This document shows positions 54,001-64,000 of a DNA stretch of 64,000 nt, piece by piece; position 1 is the first letter of the stretch; every line of letters starts with the position of its first letter. The stretch lies in the NCBI GenBank assembly GCA_000165425.1, contig CT868021.1, forward strand, positions 62,001 to 126,000, written 5' to 3'. The notes beneath the pieces were generated by a model. That model was not told where the DNA came from, did no database searches, and saw nothing but the letters and a program-made list of their open reading frames with translations. Source of the stretch: Paramecium tetraurelia. Taxonomy: Eukaryota. The position numbers and the translations under genes are program-made.

Positions 54001-54846
54001 AATGATAATTAATAAATGATGTGTATTATCTAACAATGATGCAATATTGGATTAATATTTTACTCAATATAATTATTTCCAGATTACTTTGCATAAGCTT
54101 TCACTATATCAATTAATTTTAAAATCATTTTGCAATTTCTTACTTCTATCAATTTGGCACTTCTAGAATGATAATTAAAAAATTAACTAAATTTTCGAAA
54201 AAAACGGAATATTTTAATAATATATGAAGATTCAAAAATCTTCTTAATTATCACAAAAGCTTTTATTTGTTATGCATTTTAAACAAGACAAACAACAATA
54301 TATATTAATCTGTTGATGTTAGTTATATATATTTTTTATGTTTTTGAACGATCTTTTAGAATGACTGTGTTTTATAAAATAAAGAGATAAAGTAGAACTC
54401 AACTCATGTTAAAAATATCCCTTTAATAAGCAATGAAATTTTTAATACTATTTAAATTCTTAAACAACTACACTATTTTCATTATTTTCTAAACTCTGGA
54501 ATTCACTCAACAATAGTATTACCAAAGTTAAAAAGCTTAACAGAAGTAAAGATCTGTATGTAAGTATTATTCAAATTTAAGCTATAATAATTTAGGCAAT
54601 ATTTTTGTTTCATAGTTAATTGAATCCACGTTGAGAATTACAAGACATTAAAACTATGATTGTGTAAGAACCTAATAATACAATTGAATCAGTTCTTGAG
54701 TCTTAAGTAGTTTAAATACCTTATCATCTATTCATAACACAATAAAAGATGCATATGAGGAAGTAAATGGTGATAATTTAGAAAATAGTATTAATTAATT
54801 ATTATGAATATAAATTAAAGTTTTATTCGTTTTATCCCTTATTTTT

Positions 54847-57678
54847 ATGGATCTGGAAGAATAGTAAGGTCTTATTCCGAATATAACACCTGCCAAACCA
54901 CACAAATAAGTTCGTAAGGTTAGATACACAAAGTCAGGCTTCTTCAATTATTTGATTGCAATTTTAGCATTAATAATTCTTGGACTTATGTCATACATTG
55001 TAATAGATATAACTGGTTATGAAATCATGCATCTTTCCTTCAAATCAACCACTAAGCAATAAAATATAACCGATTAAATACCAATCTAAAATGAAGACTA
55101 ATCACAAATTGATACTATGGATTACACGTCTTAATTGGATAATTTATTATGGGATGATACTAATAACGATAAAGAGAATCAAGAAGTTCAAACTGAAGAG
55201 TTTCTTGATGAGAATTTCTCAACTTAGGATGAAATCACTTAAACAGAAGAACCATAGATTGAAAACCAAAATAGTGAAGTTTAAACATTTTAGAGTGCCA
55301 CCTTGGAAATTGGTGATTAATCAGAGATTCAAGATTAAGTGTAAATATTGAATGATGACTAACAACTGGAATAATATTCCCTATTGTAATCAGGATCAAG
55401 CATAATAACACCAAAGATAGATGATTCGAAATATAATTACGTTGAACTCCCAAATAAAATGAAAATTTTGTTGATCCAAAACGATGAAGACAACGCAGAA
55501 ATATATTTGAATGATTTTAAAGGATATTGGTAAACTAATTACTTTGTGAAATGTGACCAATGTCAGATCACTGTCAAAGAGTAACAAACTCAATACTTCA
55601 TTTAAACAAAATCAGATTAAATCTTGAATTCCTTTGAAGAATTAAGTAAAGCTTTTGCATCTGAAACTCCGCAATTAAAATAGACAAACTATCAAAAATC
55701 CTCTTGGGAAGAATTATTAACATAAATATCGAATGAAAAACATCCACTTTCCTCTAAATATTAAAAGGCATCCACATTCTAATTATCCCCAAATCAAATG
55801 GTATTGATAATCAAAGGAAAATTTAATTCAGATGAATTGATGAATGGAATAATCTAAAGTGACATAGTACTATTAAGAGATAAAGACATTTAGGAGAGTG
55901 AAAATATTCAAATTATTAATTAACCTGGAAGCATCATTAAATGGAATAATTAAAAGGATCTAAATTCAGTTAAAATAATTTATGAATTAGAGGATAGCAA
56001 AGAATTGAATTTCATTGATTATTTTATACAGTCCTCTCTACAAAATTATATCATCAACAAGAGATTAGGTCTGGATGTCAAATCAAGTGTGATATTGGAT
56101 TAAAATAATAGGCAACTATATCAAATTTAAATAGCATTACCATTTTAAGATTAAATGGATTATGATCAACGAGAATTAGCCTATAGACTAAGTAAGATTG
56201 TCATTAATTTTGCCAATTCCTTAGAAGCATAACTAATCAATAACGATAATGAATTAACTGACTATTGCAAACAAATGATTGATCAATTGTAATAAATTAA
56301 CAACTTGCAATTCGATTACGATAATCAAGAGTAAGATTACATGGAAATAGCTAAAAACCTTAAGTTAGATTTAATAGAAGAAGTACTTCATTATAAGTAT
56401 TTGGTTTAAATAGTCCCTGAGGCCTTGAAGAAAACATTAGATAATTTGCAATCTACTAAAAATCTGATGATTGTTGTGAGTGATTCCTAGTACCACACTG
56501 AATATAGTTTCATCTAAATCTAAAAAGGTTCGGCTACTTAGGATCTACTGTTTTTAACTTAAGATGAATTAGATATTAATTAGAATGGTATTTCCTATTC
56601 CTTGAAAGAAATCACTGATTAAACTAAACAATTCATTGAAAAAACTGAAGAAGAAATCAATTTTGTTTTCCCTCAAGTTAACAAATTTATACCATAAAAT
56701 TTAGATTTAGTTGAATAAACTGAACCATTCGAAGTTAATGATCATGTTGAGGTAGTTGTTGATGTCTCTAAGAAATTACCAAAAATCAATGCTGACATAA
56801 CTATTTTCACTTATGGACAATTTGTATATGCATAATATTTATACGAACGAATCATTATGGATTATTAAGATGCAATTAATGTTGGATATGGGGTTGATGT
56901 GAATTAAAATCAATATTTCTAAATTCAACTATAAGGTTGGTCTGATCATTATACAAACGTATTCAAAGGAATCATGGAAATTGTTAAGGAGAAGCCCGAT
57001 GAAGAATTAAAAGGCTAATTGCAATATAAATTTGATATGTTACCAGAACACTTAAAACTGATAAATTCCAAAATCGAATCAATTCTTATTGCTAATTATA
57101 AAAAACCTTAATTTGGAGTTATTGGACAAAATTATAAAATAAAACTTACAGGAAACATTGAGAAGGATCAAGCTGAAGAATTAGATTAGATGCTCCATAA
57201 AGCATTAAGTTTTAAATAAAAATTGAAATAGGATCCAATAAAGATTTATAGCCTCAAAAATCAAGAAATTGATTATCAATTAAAAGCAAAGGATAAATGG
57301 CATTTATTGATAAACTATTATTAATTTTCCTAATTAAATTAAAGTCAATAAAAATTACTCAATAGAATACAAGAGTTTGTTTAATTGAAATCTCAAGAAT
57401 CACATATTATTTTTGAGCAAAGAACTATTGGTTGCACATAAGGATTTTTCTTGATTGTACAATCCTCTAAAGACTTAGAGGGTTAAAAAGAAAAAATAGA
57501 CAAATTAGTTGATTAATCACTTAATGAATTGGATAAAGAGGATGGTTCTAGTAAATAAAGTAAAAAGTCAAAATATTCTTCGTTCTGGAAGAAAGAATCA
57601 GGGAAAATCACTTTCTTTATTGATGATCAAAATAGAAGTTCAACAATGCCAAATTTAGAATCCATTCAATGTAAATGA
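54847..57678 (+). CDS. Membrane-anchored, probably inactive insulinase (M16A)-like protein
   Basis: 943-aa span, no intron needed; N-terminal TM (YLIAILALIILGLMSYIVI), acidic stalk, IITPKIDDSKYNYVELPNKMKILLI, HPLSSK, SPNQMVLIIKG, FPQVNKFIPQNLDL; no HxxEH at the expected site. Confidence 0.7.
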
Positions 57679-58899
57679 AAGAAAGAATCTTCTATTTTTA
57701 TTTTGTTCAAAATATTCAAATAAAATAATTAATATCTTCTCTAATTTATTGATTTATTCTTACACTTTTTGGTTGCTCAACGCTTGAAAAAATGTAATAC
57801 TCATAAGTAATATAAAATATAAATTGTGGCATTTTGCAACAATTTGATATTTAACTAAAATTTTTTGTTAAATTAATTTCTTCGTTAAACTACTTGAAGA
57901 ATAAATCTTTTTAATTTTATTTTATCTCTCTCCTTCCTAATTTATTATCATTATCATATGTACATTTTTGAAATTTAACTTCATTACTAAATTAATAGTA
58001 CATGATCCAAATAAAGATTGATATTAAAAGAAATATCCTTCCTTATATTTTCTAATCCCTTACTATTATATCGCAATAATAATTGTCTTACAATCTAACT
58101 ATATAGATTATTTTATTCTAGAATTGTATGTACATTTTCCTAAAAGAGAACATTAACCCGTGAAATTATATTAAATTTGCCAAAATTGCAAAATTCAATT
58201 CCTATAAATTTGTTTCCATTAAAGGAATTGTTGTCTCAATTATTGGTCAATTTTCCCTTTATTGCGAGTTTGCATTTGATTTTTATTGAATCGATAAAAT
58301 TGTCAATTTGTAAAAATCAAGAAACAATGAAGAAATATTGTAAAAATGGCAAATATATGAAAAAGCAGAGGAAAATTTTAATAAATAATATAAAATCTAA
58401 TTAGTCTCTGTATTTTCTTTTTTTATGTTCATATCTACTCAGAGCACATCCTAAAACTTCTCCTCGAAAATAATTCTGAATCCATAGTTAAAGATATTCT
58501 TCTTTAAGATTTTGGAGGAGTTATAGCTTAATCTAAGGAATACAATGAGTTTCTTTAATTAGAATGCTTTTCAACTTAGATCAATTAATTAATCCCTAGT
58601 TAATCTAAATATGACACAATCGATTGTTCAACATCATTTGTAATTGGGAGCCAACCTTGAGTAAATTGATCGCTTTTAGTTGAGTTTTCATTTGATTTCT
58701 AGAATTAAGGTGATTGCATAAATATTTTTTTATATTTTTAATTATTTCAGATGATTTCGAAATCCATTTAATAATAAATAACTAAAAACTTTATCTCCTC
58801 AAAATAACTCATTTATATATTAGATAATTCGCATCGTATTAAAAATCAAAAATTTTTCTTCATAATAATTATTATTAAATTTTATTGATATATTAATCA

Positions 58900-59896
58900 A
58901 TATTAGGCTTTGTTGGTAATTATAGATACTATTCATACAATACTAAAGCTTATTGATAAGTATTTTAGTAGCCAAATTTTTAAATGGCTTAATATATTTT
59001 AGAAATCTATAATCTATCCTAGTCTGTGAGTTTTGCTCTTGAAACCTTAACAGCCTTATTAATATAATCGTATAACTCCAGTAGGGCATACTCATTAACC
59101 TTGATTTATTCAATCTTCTACTCAATTTTGTAAATAACAGTTTTAACTGTAGAGATATCATTGGCATTAATGATCTCATTTAAGTTGTCTATTGTTTTCT
59201 ATAAGATTTACTTAGTTTCGGGCAATTTTAGTACACTACATTCAACTAAATAAATACGTTAATTGATAACTAAGCACATCTTTCAAAGTATTCAATTTAG
59301 TATTCAATTTTTCAATATCATTTTGCTTTATCTAATAAAATGAATCATCAGATTAGAAATTTTGGATGACAGATAACTCTAAATTTTTTGACTTTTTGAA
59401 CTAGTAAAGAAAATCCTCAACTAATGCACACATTTGTTATAATTCTGGTTCATGCTTTGATTTTCCTATTTAAGAATACATTGAATATTCAAGGGCAATT
59501 TATGAAACTTCTTCTTGTATTTTCTTCTCGTTTTAGCTCACACTTTCTCTATTATTTTGAATGAGGTTTAAGACTTTGTCCTTAAGATTGGTGATGCCAA
59601 TAAAAACTGATGGATCATCACTAATAATGGAAAAATCGCTGAGAACCTCAATAATATTAATGAATTTTTGATACATTAGATAAATTCTATTCATTAATTA
59701 CTAGTTTTTCATCTTTCTCATTTTCTGTTTTTCTTTACATTTTATAAGATTAACCAAATGTGATTCTCTCTTTATCATCTGTTTTCTTCTCCGATTACCT
59801 AAATGAATATTTATCAACAATTTCTTAAATTGAAGGTCTTGGATTGCTATCACTTGTTATGTTAACTTCTTAAAAATTTGGATTATTGAATAGCAT
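58900..59896 (-). CDS. Possible uncharacterised protein (structure unresolved)
   Basis: ATG 59896 MLFNNPNFQEVNITSDSNPRPS with long TGA-poor frames; exon structure and stop not resolved. Confidence 0.35.
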
Positions 59897-60377
59897 ATTT
59901 ATTAATTTATTGAAATTAAATAATTCAAATCAGTTAGATTAAGAAATAAAAATGATAATTGAGATTATTGTAATTTAAAGATTAAGAGAAAAGAATTAAA
60001 GACTAGAAATCTAGAGATAAATAAATATATATCGTAATCAATAAGAGTTGTATCAAGGATCATAATCTATATATTTGTTTGTTATTAAAATGAATAGATA
60101 TGGTTCTTTCATCTTTTCAAAATGATCATCAATATTCAATTGAAACATAATTTCAAAAGAATATAAGATTATGTATCTTTTAATTTATGTAGTTCATCAA
60201 CAAGGTTACTCTGTTGAGGATTCATTAGGAATAATGCATTTATTTATATAATCAACCTCAATTATAATTTAATTCTATATGATCTATATCGATCTTTACA
60301 ATAAATATATTTATATGGATAATTATATGTAATCTATTCATTATAATAATAATTTAAATAATCTGATCTAACTCGGA

Positions 60378-61970
60378 ATGATTGTAAACTAAAATTCTTA
60401 ATTGGAAATGTTAAAGGAAGCGATGAAAGAAAATATCAATTTACTTACATAATGCAAAAAGAGTGAAATCTTGGAATTCAATCATTATTATGTAGGTTTA
60501 CAGTATCTATTTTGTTTGGTACATAAACTAAAAATCTTTATCATTGATAAGACCTATACATATGAGAACATGAGTTTGTTGCAGAGTCAATATATAAATG
60601 TCCATTATCGAACTTAATTGATTCAAACCTTGTTGGATGATTACTATTATTCGGAAAAGAAAGTTCTTTAAACTTACGAAGAAATGAAATAGAAGATAAT
60701 TGAAAAATATTCTGAGTAGAATATTCCACTATTAAACATTTCCAATGAAATTAAGGGTCTTCAAGGATAATATCAATTTAACTTATCTAATATAAACATC
60801 AAAGACTAACATAAACTGGATTTTAGTTGTGTGGAAGAGGACTTGCAAAATAATGCACTTTTTAAGAAGGCCATGCATGAATGGTATTCAAATTATGAAA
60901 ATAAACTTGACTCTTTTATAGCTATTTAAACACAACAACTTACTGTTAAAACTTAGTTACATGAATTAATAATAATATAATATTGGTTATTGAATACTTC
61001 AATATATGAATCAAAGGAGAAAGGTGAGAAAAGTGAAACAGAATTAGTAACTTAAAAATATAAGAGTTTATATTACTTTTTAATTTTGAATTAATAAAAA
61101 TACAAAATTGAAGTAACCCAACAATAATTAGAACTCTTTATTTGTTTGTTGAATAGCAATTAGTTTGAAGAATTTATAGAATTAAAAATGAAAAATTTGG
61201 ATTACTTTGAACCCTTAAATTTAGAAGATCAATATCTAGATGATTCAACAATGAAAGTTTAATATTATTAGTTCAAAGATTGCACTTTCAGAATAGTGTA
61301 AAAATTGAACGATGAGTTTAATCAATTGATTTACTCAATAGAAATTTTGGGGATAGAAAATAGGTTTTATTCAGTAATTGACACTGACAATATTCAATTA
61401 CTTGAATTGAGACTCAAAGGGTTTCCTAAATAGGATATGTCAATAATATTTAACGAACCTGATCTGATCTATAAATACTTCATGAGAAAGATCTATCACA
61501 ATTTAAACCCTGAGAGTGATCCTTAAATCCTTAGTAATAAAATTAAGGTAGGGTCCATAATTCTATCAGACCGATCAATTTATTAGCATGCAGCACTCTA
61601 CTTGGGTTGTGATTTAGTTTTTCATTACACAAATGAACAATTTGATAATGTGAATTAAACTCGGATTGGGCATTTTTTCAAACCAGAAAGGTTTGTAGTA
61701 TTTATGAAAGGTGCATCAGTCTTAACAGAGTTATAATTAGTCTTTTTATTAAGAGACAAATAAGAATTATTAGAAAAAGCTTTATTGAAGTCGAATGAAA
61801 AAATAGAATTCGATTTAACAAAATACAATTGCGAACATATGGTATTTGAAATATTAACAAATTTCAAATATTCATCTCAAATTGACCTAAATATATTTAA
61901 AAATGTTGGAGCAAATGTAGCTAAATACTTTGGATTTTTAGGATCTTCTTAATCATTTCAATCAAATTGA
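60378..61970 (+). CDS. Protein with C-terminal LRAT/NC (permuted NlpC/P60) acyltransferase-phospholipase domain
   Basis: 530-aa span, no intron needed; VGSIIL...YQHAALYLGCDLVFHY (61587) and FDLTKYNCEHMV (61827) are in frame with the ATG. Confidence 0.82.
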
Positions 61971-62151
61971 AGTTGATATATAAAATAAAATATAATATTA
62001 TAAATTGCTGTTTGAATTATTAAAATTAAACCAATACTAAAAAGATAAAAATAGCTCCCTATCTACTGCTATGTATTATTATATTGAAATGCAAAAATTC
62101 ATAAATTTTAGATAATATAATATATATTAATTACTTAAATATAACTTATTA

Positions 62152-63671
62152 ATGGATGCTATTAAAAACTTTGCCAATAACCTTACAAATAGAGATCAGA
62201 GCAATAATACCAATGGTAAAATTGTGCCATTGGAGGATAAAGATAAAGAACCACTATCCATAAAAAATCCTTTGGGTAGGTAGTTATAATTTGTTAATGA
62301 AGTATGGCTAATGAATTGCAGATGGCAGCTAGCAAAGGGATGCAAAAGCTCATACAATCAGTGGACAATGCAAAGGCCGATGTCAAATAGGGTTTCACTT
62401 AATTGGATGATAAGTAATTGAAATTTGTAGAAGAATAGATTGAAGCTGATGTTGAAGCAGTACACTCGTTAAATCAACATATGGGCAAGATCAAAGGTGT
62501 TATCATCGGTAATCATAGTGATCGAGAAATTTCGACCCACGGTTAAAGAAGGGCTCAAAGATCCTGATATGTGTTAGTGTGTGAAGAATTTAGTATTTTG
62601 GAGAAACAATATATTAGGTTGATGATACTGTAGATGCAACTTGGCCAGAGATAGTGGATGAAGTTAAATATCAATTGATGTTGTAAATAGCTGATCCTTA
62701 CACAGAAATAGAGGAGAAGAAGCAAACTCTTGCTTGTTTATACCCAATTGTTTGGATAAGGAACTGGTATCTCTATTCAAATTATCCTTATGACAGAAGT
62801 GTTTGGAGACAATATAAAACCATGTATATATATGAGGCTAGAACAACATAGATCTTATTGGTTTTGGTATTTCGTATCATTGATTCCATTTTATGGTGTC
62901 TCATAGTATTTCTATGTCTTGGATTTCATTATGATGGATAAAGGGGATGAATATCAGTTGGTCAAATTTATTTTGAGTTTTAAAACGTAAAACAATACTT
63001 TAATATAGAATGTTCTTCATAACCTAAGGAGTAATGAAGGCTTTGATAGGATATTTTATGCTATATGCCTGCACGACAATGAACTACATTGATAGTGCTT
63101 ACTAATCTGATTGCACAAGGAAGGGTCCAGGAGCCAGCATTGAAGTCTTTTCTGAGGTTATTGGACAAGGCATACAAGTAGTTCTTATTTGGGTGGCCTT
63201 CTTCCTTTTGTCATGCTCAAAATAAAAGGGGAAGCCAGTTTTTCAATATGATGATACTCCTTAATTGAAGGAGGGATGTTTTGAAAGGGGAGGTCGACTG
63301 AAGTACTTTATGTTTTGGGATATCTTTGCTTTGGGAGGCAGCATTGGACTGTTTTGGTTGGTGTATTTGACTTAGGATACTCGTCCTAATTTTGATAATT
63401 CAGGAGATTTTGTATATTACAAATATGATAACAATAGATTTACTTTACTGAAATTTGCTATGGAATGTTGAGTTTCCCATTTTTAATTTTTAATGTTCCT
63501 TTTGTGAACGGGAGATTGACAAAGGCCAAGGCAACTGCTTACGATAGAAAAGGCAATTGTATACCCGCAATTGATGGACTGAGAAAATAAATAAAGAACA
63601 ATCAAGATGAGGAAACGAGTTTTTTGCTGAATACTCTGTCAATAGATGTTGGGGAAGTATTTGATGGTTGA
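62152..63671 (+). CDS. Uncharacterised multi-pass membrane protein
   Basis: WIRNWYLYSNYPYDRSVW, LIPFYGVSQYF, DKGDEYQLVKFIL, several hydrophobic segments and tiny introns. Confidence 0.65.
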
Positions 63672-63716
63672 TATATATAAAATTTTATATAATTTTGTTA
63701 TAAGAAATTTTAATTC

Positions 63717-64000
63717 ATGAAGAAATCCAACCCCAAAGATAAATTGGAAAACAAAAATCAAGGAAATGTCATTCCTGCCACTCTAATCATTTTTGATAAA
63801 ATTGATGCTCTAAAAGACAATAATACAGTATAAAGTTTACATAATTTAGCAGATTAAGATTGAGATGATATTGAATTACTTGAAAGAACTAACCTTAGGT
63901 TAAACAATCAAAAAAGGGGAATCTTTGACATATGTGTTATGCGGAAAGAAATGGACAATCAATATTGTGGATGTGACACCAATAGCAGAATTAGTTTGTG
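63717..64000 (+). CDS. 5' part of a gene running off the window
   Basis: ATG 63717, 22-nt intron GTATAAAG..TTTAG, frame open to the window end (IKKGESLTYVLCGKKWTINIVDVTP). Confidence 0.55.

Noticed and set aside
63850..64000. Resemblance to a CDC48/p97 N-domain
   Set aside because: Too little sequence in the window to support a family call.

Overview
AT-rich, gene-dense eukaryotic DNA that reads as a ciliate somatic (macronuclear) chromosome segment, most likely Paramecium. Genes only make sense with the ciliate code (TAA/TAG = Gln, TGA the only stop) and with tiny 20-30 nt GT..AG introns, so the supplied standard-code ORF track fragments or misses most genes. I hand-translated about 35 genes. 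Recognisable ones include a Ser/Thr kinase, a SPAG1-like TPR co-chaperone, choline/ethanolamine kinase, a Cys-rich mini-antigen, an ODF3/SHIPPO-repeat protein, RPL13A, RPL31, a Nudix hydrolase, an RBR E3 ligase, two tandem IQ-MORN genes and an ER thioredoxin-fold protein. Further along are a START-like protein, a PH-START-FFAT-ORD lipid transfer protein, a TTLL enzyme, a DSP pseudophosphatase, a BAH-PHD protein, a CNBD K+ channel, a TPR array gene, ACSF2, a catalytically dead insulinase-like protein and an LRAT-domain protein. The most striking structure is a TPR gene built from exact 102-nt one-repeat exons, with a probable lost splice donor rescued by a new cryptic intron. I saw no rRNA, tRNA, transposon, telomere or CRISPR. 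All family calls are from motif recognition, not database searches; boundaries of uncharacterised genes are approximate.
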